Part shown: one piece after another, positions 55,029 through 64,000 of the stretch
Layout: each line of letters begins with the position of its first letter
Position numbering within the stretch: the stretch's first letter is position 1
Assembly: GCA_042408215.1 (NCBI GenBank)
Contig: JAYFMW010000006.1
Location: 768,001-832,000 of the forward strand
DNA length: 64,000 bases
Direction: 5' to 3'
DNA from: Microcoleus sp.
GTDB lineage: Bacteria > Cyanobacteriota > Cyanobacteriia > Cyanobacteriales > Microcoleaceae
The notes under the pieces: generated by a model
The model's input: the letters and a program-made list of their open reading frames with translations, nothing else
The model's database searches: none
What the model was told of the DNA's origin: nothing
Program-made: the position numbers and the translations under genes

Positions 55029-56018
55029 CTAACCAATCAAGAAAGTACCGTTACCATTGGGTTCTAGGAAGGCCAAATTCAAACTTGCTCCTCCTTCAAT
55101 CACGCCGAGCACATCTCCAAAACGCTGGATTGACAAATTGCTGCCAACGGGAGTCAGGCTGTAGCCGTCGCTTAAAGAATTTCCTTGGAGTTGGATCAAA
55201 TCCTTTGCTATGTCGAAGTTCCGAATAGTAGCTTGACCGTTACCCAAATAGAGCGGCGTCGCATTTAAATTCCCGGCTGTAGGAGGAACTCCGAGTACGA
55301 ATGTATCAACTCCGGGGCTGCCAATCAGGACATCGAATTCATTGGTTCCAAAGCTTTCATATTGCCGATTTCCTGTGGGATCAATACCTACTTCCACTCC
55401 CACGAGTTCGGTACTCCCCACACCAACGCCAGTTAAAATATCGTTGCTGCGGCTCCCGACAAAAGTCGCAGAGCGGGCCGGCTCAAATTGCCCGAAATTG
55501 AAGTAGTGTTCCCGACCGGTTTTCAAGGTTCCAGAGTTGACAAACGGCACAATATCGGGGTTTTTCTTTAAGTATTCCGGTTCAAAGAAAGAAGTTCCAA
55601 AACGACCTTCTTTTGCCCCGAATTGAATGAAATGCTGGTAGCCTGATTTGAAAGGTGCATTTGTGCCTATAAACGATTGCAGTTCTGAGTTATTTGCTAA
55701 ATAAAAATCTTCGTTGTACTCAGGCGATACTTGAGTGCGGCGCTGTCCTTCATCGTAACCGAATTGGATAAAGTGATCTAGCCCAGTCGCGAAAGGTGCG
55801 TTTGGATTGACAGTCTTGACAAAGGGTTGGAGGTCTGGGTTGCCGGCAAGGTAAGTAGCTTCGTCAAAATACCGCGATACTTTAGTTAGGCCGGCGGCTT
55901 CACCAAATTTTTGAAAGTGTTCTAGTCCCGATTTGATGACTCCTGCATCAATGGCTGGTTTGATCCAAGGATAGGAGGCCAGGTAGAATTTTTCGTCAAA
56001 AATTGCGTAGTTAGCCAT
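55029..56018 (-). CDS. Putative surface-associated / calcium-binding protein
   Basis: Four FDE..YL..NP....SG..HF..FG..EG repeats and an RTX-like C-terminus (NDILTG, DVLIG..GVDTFVLG). Confidence 0.75.
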   Translation of the reverse strand: MANYAIFDEKFYLASYPWIKPAIDAGVIKSGLEHFQKFGEAAGLTKVSRYFDEATYLAGNPDLQPFVKTVNPNAPFATGLDHFIQFGYDEGQRRTQVSPEYNEDFYLANNSELQSFIGTNAPFKSGYQHFIQFGAKEGRFGTSFFEPEYLKKNPDIVPFVNSGTLKTGREHYFNFGQFEPARSATFVGSRSNDILTGVGVGSTELVGVEVGIDPTGNRQYESFGTNEFDVLIGSPGVDTFVLGVPPTAGNLNATPLYLGNGQATIRNFDIAKDLIQLQGNSLSDGYSLTPVGSNLSIQRFGDVLGVIEGGASLNLAFLEPNGNGTFLIG

Positions 56019-56552
56019 GTTTTTATACCAAGGTTTTGATGAGTTTGATCGTGAATACTAATTAGCTTTTCATTCACTCGAACGCCGAGGGGCAAATTAC
56101 ACAGGAACAGACTTTATGAAATGGTTTTAAGTTCCCAGGAAAAAATCAATTCTTGTGAGAAAGCAATTATCCCAAGGTTTTATTCTGCCTTCATAAATTA
56201 TGCCTTTTTCCCTCTGTTAATTCCTCTATCGCAAGTTGGATCTGTTCTCCAAAACTTGGAACTTTCTTCAGGACTTTTTGCTCAAAGGTTGGTTGATTGG
56301 GGATTATTTTTCTTTTATATCTGAATCCTAAGCATGAATTAATCTATATGTCAAGTAAATTTTTGTAAATAAAATTTGGAGTATTTGCTCAAGGAATTTG
56401 TAAAAAAATGTAACTAAAAATTGCCATAAATTTGTCGAATTGTGCGATCGGCAGGCTCAAATCACCTAATGGGCAGCGTTTTCTGGTAAAAATACTTATG
56501 GGGGAAAAAATTCCCGATTCCCGAAAACAGCATTTTAAAGGAGCCTAACCGG

Positions 56553-59500
56553 ATGTTCACTCACGTCAAGCCCACCATTCGCCACGTTGTGCCGGAAAAC
56601 TTGCAGGGGCGATCGCTCCTCAAGGTGGTCTATGTCGTACTCGAACCGCAGTATCAAAGCGCCCTGTCGGCAGCGGTTCGATCGATCAACAGCAAAAACC
56701 CGAATTTGGCGATCGAAATCAGCGGCTACCTGATCGAGGAACTCCGCAGCCCGGAAAATTACGAAGCTTTCAAGCGGGATGTCGCTGATGCCAACGTATT
56801 TATTGCTTCTCTAATTTTTATCGAAGATTTGGCCGAAAAAGTGGTAGCGGCGGTGGAACCAGTACGCGATAGCTTGGATGTCGCCGTCGTATTCCCGTCG
56901 ATGCCGGGGGTGATGCGGCTCAATAAAATGGGCAGTTTCTCGATGGCACAGTTGGGACAAAGCAAAAGTGCGATCGGCGAATTCATGAAAAAACGGAAGG
57001 AAAAATCCGGGAGTTCCTTCCAAGACGGAATGCTGAAACTGCTGCAAACTTTGCCGAAAGTCCTGAAATATTTGCCCCTTGACAAAGCTCAAGATGCCCG
57101 CAACTTCATGCTGAGTTTCCAATATTGGCTGGGAGGTTCCCAAGAAAACTTGGAAAACTTCTTGCTGATGCTGTCACATAAATATGTCTTCAAAGGCCAG
57201 TCACAGCCAACTTTCCAAGAACCAGTTGTTTATCTAGACATGGGGATTTGGCATCCTTTGGCACCGTCCATGTTTGAGGATGTAAAAGCATATCTGACCT
57301 GGTTTAATGCCCGCACAGATATTTCTGCGGATCTCAAAGATCCCCTTGCACCTTGCATTGGTTTAGTGTTGCAGCGCACTCACTTAGTCACAGGAGATGA
57401 CGCCCATTATGTAGCGATGGTGCAGGAATTGGAGGCAATGGGCGCGCGGGTAGTGCCGATTTTTGCCGGCGGTTTGGACTTCTCGAAACCTGTTGAGACT
57501 TTTTTCTTGGAAGTCGGGGCGAAAGGTGTTACACCTCTGCCGATTGTTGATGCGGTGGTTTCTTTGACTGGTTTTGCTTTGGTGGGTGGCCCGGCGAAAC
57601 AAGATCACCCGAAGGCGATCGAATCTTTGAAAAAATTAAATTGCCCTTACATGGTGGCTTTGCCGCTGGTTTTCCAAACGACAGAAGAATGGGAAGATAG
57701 CGATTTAGGCTTGCACCCGATTCAAGTTGCGTTGCAAGTTGCGATTCCTGAGTTGGATGGGGCGATCGAACCGATTATTGTGTCGGGACGCGATGGCGCA
57801 ACTGGAAAGGCGATCGCCCTGCAAGATCGAATTGAGACGATTTCCCAGCGCGCCATGAAGTGGGCAATGCTGCGTCGCAAACCGAAATTAGACAAGAAAG
57901 TTGCCATCACAGTTTTCAGTTTCCCGCCCGATAAAGGCAACGTTGGAACTGCCGCTTATTTGGACGTTTTCGGCTCGATTTACGAAGTATTGAAAGGCTT
58001 AAAAGGCAACGGCTACGACTTGCCAGAATTGCCGGATTCCGCCGACAAACTGATGCAAGAAGTCATCCACGACGCAACAGCCCAATACCAAACTCCCGAA
58101 TTGAATATTGCTTACCGGATGTCCGTAGCTGAGTATGAAGAATTCACTCCTTACTCGGAACGTTTGCAGGAAAATTGGGGGCCGCCTCCCGGACATTTGA
58201 ACAGCGACGGACAAAATTTGCTGATTTATGGCAAACACTTCGGCAATGTGTTTATCGGAGTGCAGCCTACTTTTGGATATGAAGGCGATCCGATGCGGTT
58301 GTTATTCTCTCGTTCTGCTAGCCCCCACCACGGTTTTGCTGCTTACTACACTTATTTAGAGCGCATTTGGGGTGCAGATGCGGTGCTGCATTTTGGCACT
58401 CACGGTTCGCTGGAATTCATGCCAGGTAAGCAGATGGGAATGTCTGGGGATTGTTATCCTGACAGTTTGATAGGCAAGATTCCTAACCTCTATTATTACG
58501 CTGCTAATAATCCCAGTGAGGCAACAATTGCTAAGCGTCGCAGTTATGCTGAAACTATCAGCTATCTGACTCCTCCGGCTGAAAATGCTGGGTTGTATAA
58601 AGGTTTGCAGGAACTCAGCGAGTTGATTGCTTCTTATCAAACTTTGAAAGATACTGGGCGCGCTGTGCCGATTGTGGATGCGATCGTCGAGAAGTGCCGT
58701 TTGGTGAATTTGGATAAGGATATCGCCCTACCTCCCGAACAGGAACGAGGGGTTGCTGCGGGTATGACTGCGGAGGAACGGGATAATTTAGTTGGCTTGG
58801 TTTACCGCAAGTTGATGGAGATTGAGTCGCGGTTGTTACCTTGCGGTTTGCACATTGTTGGGAAGCCGCCGACTGCGGAAGAGGCGATCGCAACTTTGGT
58901 AAATATCGCCAATTTAGACCGGGAAGAAGAGGGATTGAGTAGTTTGTCGCGGATTATTGCTCAAAGTTGCGATCGCAATATTGACGATATCTACACCAAC
59001 AATGACAGAGGCATTTTAGCAGATGTTGAATTGCTGCAAAACATCACCTTAGCCTGCCGCGATGCCGTTGCCGCTTTAGTGAAGGAAAAAACCGATGCTG
59101 AGGGTCGAGTTTCCCTGGTTTCCAAGTTGAATTTCTTCAACATGGGCAAGAAAACACCTTGGATTGAATCCTTACACGCGGCGGGTTACAAAAAGGTCGA
59201 TTCAGACCTGATTAAACCGCTGTTTGAGTATCTAGAATTCTGCTTGCAGCAAGTTTGCGCCGACAATGAATTAGGCGCACTGTTGCGCGCGTTAGAAGGC
59301 GAATATATTATCCCCGGCCCAGGTGGCGATCCGATTCGCAACCCGGATGTTTTGCCAACTGGGAAGAATATGCACGCTTTGGACCCGCAGTCAATCCCCA
59401 CCACAGGGGCGATTAAGTCTGCTAAGGTTGTAGTCGATCGGCTATTAGAAAGACAGCGCACTGATAACGACGGAAATTACCCAGAAACCATCGCCGTTGT

Positions 59501-60549
59501 GTTGTGGGGAACCGACAACATCAAGACTTACGGCGAATCCCTCGCCCAAGTAATGTGGATGGTGGGAGTTAAGCCAGTACCCGACGCTTTGGGCCGCGTC
59601 AACAAACTGGAATTGCTGTCTTTAGAAGAATTAGGACGGCCTCGGATTGACGTAGTAATTAACTGTTCCGGCGTCTTCCGCGACTTGTTCATCAACCAAA
59701 TGAACCTGTTAGATAAAGCCGTGAAAATGGCAGCGGAAGCCGACGAACCTTTAGAGATGAACTTCGTCCGCAAACACGCCTTGAAGCAAGCCGAAGAAAT
59801 GGGAATCAACCTGCGCCAAGCAGCCACCCGCGTCTTTTCCAATGCTTCTGGTTCCTATTCATCTAACGTCAACTTGGCGGTAGAAAACAGCACCTGGGAA
59901 ACCGAAGCCGAGTTGCAGGAAATGTACTTAACTCGCAAATCCTTCGCCTTTTCTTCCGACAATCCTGGAACAATGGAACAAGACAGGCAGATTTTTGAAT
60001 CATCCTTAAAAACTGCGGAAGTCACCTTCCAAAACTTAGATTCTGCGGAGATTTCCCTAACCGACGTGTCGCACTATTTCGACTCCGATCCGACTAAATT
60101 GATCGGTAGTTTGCGCGCAGATGGGAAGAAACCAACATCCTTTGTTGCTGATACAACAACAGCGAACGCGCAGGTACGGACGCTATCAGAAACGGTGCGT
60201 TTAGATTCGCGGACTAAGCTGCTGAATCCGAAGTGGTATGAGGGGATGTTATCGCACGGATATGAAGGCGTGCGGGAGATTTCTAAGCGTCTGGTGAATA
60301 CGACTGGATGGAGTGCGACTGCGGGCGCGGTGGATAATTGGGTGTATGAGGATGTGAACGGTACGTTTATCCAAGATGAGGAGATGCAGAAGCGTTTGCT
60401 GAATTTGAATCCTCATTCTTTCCGCAAGATTGTGAGCACTTTGCTTGAGGTGAATGGCCGGGGTTATTGGGAGACTTCGGAGAGTAATTTGGACCGTTTG
60501 CGTGAGCTTGTATCAGGAGGTGGAAGACCGGATTGAGGGGGTAGAATAG
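56553..60549 (+). CDS. chlH: Magnesium chelatase subunit H, with an apparent +1 frameshift in the last about 14 codons
   Basis: [38 protein letters not shown]. The conserved tail [13 protein letters not shown] lies in the next frame and ends at 60549. Confidence 0.95.
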
Positions 60550-60592
60550 GATAGTTTGGGGCAGGCTTTCGGGCCTGCCTCTTGACTATTTT

Positions 60593-61993
60593 ATGTCTAT
60601 GTTCAGTCATAACGAAAATAAAATGAATCTAACTATGTATGCTCAACAACTTGAATTATTTGACTTATTCAATCCAAATCCCATTAAAACTGTCCGATCG
60701 CAATTAACGTTCGTAGACTTATTTGCTGGGATTGGTGGCTTTAGAATTCCTCTGGAAGAATTAGGCTGTAAATGCTTAGGGTATTCAGAAATTGACAAAA
60801 AAGCCCTTCAAGTTTATCGAGATAATTTTATTAAATATGCCAATTCAGATGAAGTATATTTAGGGGATATTACCAATCTAAATCTATTCCCTTTTGCCAT
60901 AGATCTATTAGTCGGTGGTGTTCCCTGTCAACCTTGGTCTATTGCAGGTAAATTACAAGGTTTGGACGACCCAAGAGGCAAGTTGTGGACAGATGTATTT
61001 AGGGTAGTAAAAGCTAATCGTCCCAAAGCTTTTATATTTGAAAATGTCAAAGGCTTGACTGAACCAAGAAATATAGAAAGCTTGAAATACATAATTGATA
61101 ATTTAACATCATCTGGTTATGTTGTCAAATACGAGGTGCTAAATTCCTATGATTTTGGACTGCCGCAAGATAGAGATAGAATGTTTATAGTTGGCATTAG
61201 GAATGATCTAGAAAGATGCTGGGGATTTACATTTCCTAAACCCATCGATAGCGCTATAAAGCTTTATGATGTGATACCAGGGATTCAGCGTAGCAATTTT
61301 CGGAAGCAAAAATTTTCACCAACCGTTTTATTTGATGGCAAAATACCGGGTTCCAGAGGCAGATTTCAAAAGCTAGATGAATTAAATGACTTTTTCTTAT
61401 TTACTGATATTAGAGATGGACATACTACCATCCATTCTTGGGATTTAATCGAAACAACTAGCAGGGAAAAATTAATTTGTCAAACGATTATGAAAAATCG
61501 GAGAAAAAATATTTATGGAGAAAAGGACGGTAATCCTTTAGAATTTAAAGTGTTAGCAACACTAATTCCTGAGTTGAAACAAACAGAAATTGACAACTTA
61601 GTTGACAAAGAAATTTTGCGGAATGTAGATGAGAAAGGCTATGATTTTGTGAATTCTAAAATTTCTTCAGGGATTAACGGAATTTCTAAAATTTTCTTAC
61701 CTCATGCGGATGCGATCGCCACTTTAACTGCAACTGGAACTAGAGACTTTGTAGCAACAATCTCGATTCAATGTCAAGAACCCTTAGCATATAAGCAAAC
61801 ATTTATTAGGGAAATTTATGAAAAGAAAAAATTCCAACCTCTAACTGCACAGGATTACGCAAAATTGCAAGGATTTCCCGAATGGTTCAAAATTTCTGAA
61901 AATGAAACTACAGCCAAACATCAATTGGGTAATGCTGTGTCAATTCCTGTGGTTTACCATTTAGCCAAAGCATTACTAGAGATTATTTTGTAA
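60593..61993 (+). CDS. DNA (cytosine-5)-methyltransferase
   Basis: DLFAGIGG, GVPCQPWS, ENV, Q.R.R, LQGFP, GNAV. Confidence 0.95.
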   Translation: MSMFSHNENKMNLTMYAQQLELFDLFNPNPIKTVRSQLTFVDLFAGIGGFRIPLEELGCKCLGYSEIDKKALQVYRDNFIKYANSDEVYLGDITNLNLFPFAIDLLVGGVPCQPWSIAGKLQGLDDPRGKLWTDVFRVVKANRPKAFIFENVKGLTEPRNIESLKYIIDNLTSSGYVVKYEVLNSYDFGLPQDRDRMFIVGIRNDLERCWGFTFPKPIDSAIKLYDVIPGIQRSNFRKQKFSPTVLFDGKIPGSRGRFQKLDELNDFFLFTDIRDGHTTIHSWDLIETTSREKLICQTIMKNRRKNIYGEKDGNPLEFKVLATLIPELKQTEIDNLVDKEILRNVDEKGYDFVNSKISSGINGISKIFLPHADAIATLTATGTRDFVATISIQCQEPLAYKQTFIREIYEKKKFQPLTAQDYAKLQGFPEWFKISENETTAKHQLGNAVSIPVVYHLAKALLEIIL

Positions 61994-62007
61994 TTGTGAC
62001 TTAAAAT

Positions 62008-62847
62008 ATGACAGCTATTAGCACAAAACAACGAGAAATAATTAAAGGATATCTTGAAGGTTTTATTCAGGGGATTGTAGATGAATATAAAGGTCGGATT
62101 ATTCACAAATCAACTACTGGAATAGAGTACCTGTCGCGCAGTTCAACTAATGGAGAATTAAAACCTTTTCAAGCCGCGTTAATTCCAATAGAATTAATAC
62201 GAATCAATCAATTTGAGCGAGGTTTAAGTACAAGGTTAGGAAACTCTCTTGAAGAATGCGCTAAGTTAATTGCCCTTGAACATCATCAAGATGCACGTCG
62301 AGGATATGATATCAGAGCGGAAGTAAGTATTGCAGCTTTTGAAGAAGCTCAACGTCAGAAAGAATACTATGAATCTATGGATAAAAAAGGACAAACTAAA
62401 CCATCTTTTGAGCAGATGATAACAGCAGTGCTGAATGCTAGACGATCGGATGATTTAGTAACAAAAACTGTACGTGCTGATCTTTGTATTTTTGCTAATG
62501 ACGGAACAGAATACTTATTTGAAATTAAAGCTCCTAAGCCGAATAAGGGTCAATGCTTAGAAGTTATCCAGCGTCTGTTGAGGTTTCATTTACTGCGGGG
62601 TGCAAAGCGTCCGCAATTGCAAGCTTACTATGCGATGCCTTATAATCCCTATGGTGTAACAAAAGCTGTTTATAAGTGGTCTCAGGCCAGAAATTATCTG
62701 CCTTTTGATGAAGCTGTAGTTATTGGAGATGAATTTTGGAATATTGTAGGCGGAGCGACTGCTTACGAGGAATTATTGGAAATATATTTAGAAGTGGGAC
62801 GTGAGAGAAGTAAATATATGATGGATGCTTTAGCCTTTGGGTTTTAA
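62008..62847 (+). CDS. Type II restriction endonuclease (TdeIII/HgiCII-like)
   Basis: Adjacent to the methyltransferase; FERGLSTRLG, ADL...FEIKAPKPNKGQ (PD-(D/E)xK), MPYNPYG, IGDEFW. Confidence 0.8.
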   Translation: MTAISTKQREIIKGYLEGFIQGIVDEYKGRIIHKSTTGIEYLSRSSTNGELKPFQAALIPIELIRINQFERGLSTRLGNSLEECAKLIALEHHQDARRGYDIRAEVSIAAFEEAQRQKEYYESMDKKGQTKPSFEQMITAVLNARRSDDLVTKTVRADLCIFANDGTEYLFEIKAPKPNKGQCLEVIQRLLRFHLLRGAKRPQLQAYYAMPYNPYGVTKAVYKWSQARNYLPFDEAVVIGDEFWNIVGGATAYEELLEIYLEVGRERSKYMMDALAFGF

Positions 62848-62886
62848 GGAGAGGGAATTTTTGGTAAAGGCGGGGGTTGAACCATA

Positions 62887-63105
62887 ATGAAGTATGAAGT
62901 AATCATATACTGGAGTGAGGAAGACCAGGCATTTATTGCGAATACCTGAATTGCCATACCTGAATTGCCAGGATGTGCTGCGGATGGTGAAACTTATCAG
63001 GAGTCCTTGCAAAATCTAGAGATTATTATGCAGGAGTGGATAGAAACGGCTAACGCACTGGGTCGTCCTATTCCACAACCGAAAGGTCGATCGATGTTTG
63101 CGTAG
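62887..63105 (+). pseudogene. hicB: HicB-family antitoxin with an internal stop at a 14-bp tandem duplication
   Basis: [38 protein letters not shown]...GRPIPQPK; ATACCTGAATTGCC occurs twice. Confidence 0.82.
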
Positions 63106-63157
63106 TTGAAATAGAATCACAGGCGATCGCCCTGATCTTCCTAAAGTGCGATCGGCA

Positions 63158-63415
63158 TTATTTACCTATCAGCCGATCGTACTCTGCGTGCGTACCAATC
63201 CAAAACCACAAAATACCTGTTTTAATTTCAACACCCAACGCCCGATAAGCTTGGCCAGCCCTTACAGACCAATAGTTACCAACCTTCTTAAAATGCAGAG
63301 AAGGATGAGACGGATCTGCCTTCAGCAAATCATAACATTGATCTGCTGTAGCTTGTACATTAGATGGCAAAGCATTGTAACAATCCCAAAACTTTCGAGT
63401 AGTATAGTGCATCAA
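63158..63415 (-). CDS. RelE/ParE-like toxin
   Basis: FW..Y..LP, DPSHPSLHFKK, WSVR...YRALG, WFWIGTHAEYD. Confidence 0.85.
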   Translation of the reverse strand: MMHYTTRKFWDCYNALPSNVQATADQCYDLLKADPSHPSLHFKKVGNYWSVRAGQAYRALGVEIKTGILWFWIGTHAEYDRLIGK

Positions 63416-63612
63416 AATTCTCGATAATTACCACTCTCAAAATCTGCGATCGCTTCCGCGGCTAAAGCATCCAGTTTACCCTCAGCAATATCTTTCTCTA
63501 ACTGAACATCCCATCGCTGGTAATCCAAATTGAGAAACCACTCTAACAACTCTCCAATCTTGTTGGGGGGAAGTTGGAGAATCGCATTTTCTATCTGTTC
63601 AATAGTCAACAT
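63412..63612 (-). CDS. Cognate antitoxin (acidic, 66 aa)
   Basis: 4-bp ATGA overlap with the toxin; WDVQLEKDIAEGKLDALAAEA. Confidence 0.8.
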   Translation of the reverse strand: MLTIEQIENAILQLPPNKIGELLEWFLNLDYQRWDVQLEKDIAEGKLDALAAEAIADFESGNYREF

Positions 63613-63720
63613 AGGCTATCTTAAGTTACACTGAACTTCTTTGATTTTTTAGCTTGTTATTTAATAAACATCTCCCAAAAATACTGTCTTGAACAGGCTT
63701 TCCTACCTGTTCCACAATAA

Positions 63721-63963
63721 TTATGCCAGAGGTCTAATCATCCATTCTTCTCTAAGTTGCAACTGGAATTCCAAAGCATCCACACGATACGGCAAAAAAC
63801 CGCGCCATCGCTTTAAATTTTTTAGAGGCAATTTTTGATTGCTACCCTGAGTCTGGGTTGTTATGCGATCGCGCATCAATGCGGACAATACTTCTAAAAG
63901 TTGCTGTTGCTCCTTTGGTTCAAGTCTGAGAACCTCAGTCAGTACAGTGCTGTAAGTAGACAT
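63721..63963 (-). CDS. Small antitoxin-like hypothetical protein
   Basis: Ends WRG....DALEFQ.QLREEW, typical of antitoxins that precede PIN toxins; no PIN gene follows. Confidence 0.55.
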   Translation of the reverse strand: MSTYSTVLTEVLRLEPKEQQQLLEVLSALMRDRITTQTQGSNQKLPLKNLKRWRGFLPYRVDALEFQLQLREEWMIRPLA

Positions 63964-64000
63964 AGGCTTTATGTTCAGATTTTTGACTCGTGTTACTATT

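Overview
A 64-kb window from a filamentous cyanobacterium, judged by frequent HIP1 GCGATCGC octamers, heptamer STRR tracts, chlH and a cyanobacterial gshA (probably Oscillatoriales, by inference). Housekeeping genes occupy most of 17.6-60.5 kb: gshA, trmL, LysM/M23 peptidase, tRNA-Met, two peroxiredoxins, clpC, a Ser/Thr-His hybrid kinase, gltD, priA, speE and chlH. The end of the window is a small defence cluster (C5 methyltransferase, type II endonuclease, toxin-antitoxin genes). The most interesting part is 3-17.6 kb. It holds (i) an ATP-grasp RiPP (graspetide) ligase whose precursor is missing from the ORF track because of two in-frame stops, (ii) two neighbouring protein-less RNA-guide mini-elements, a TnpB-type omegaRNA cassette with its own sigma70 promoter and an IscB-type HEARO RNA inserted just before a host ATG, and (iii) a six-level nest: tnpB element > group II intron > IS607-like tnpB element > IS4/IS701-like IS > IS630 > IS701-like IS. 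The intron's EBS1/EBS2 match the conserved R-V-V-W|N codons of the tnpB it interrupts. Several genes also carry tiny in-frame repeat insertions, two of them inside HIP1 sites. All family names come from motif recognition by eye; no database searches were run.
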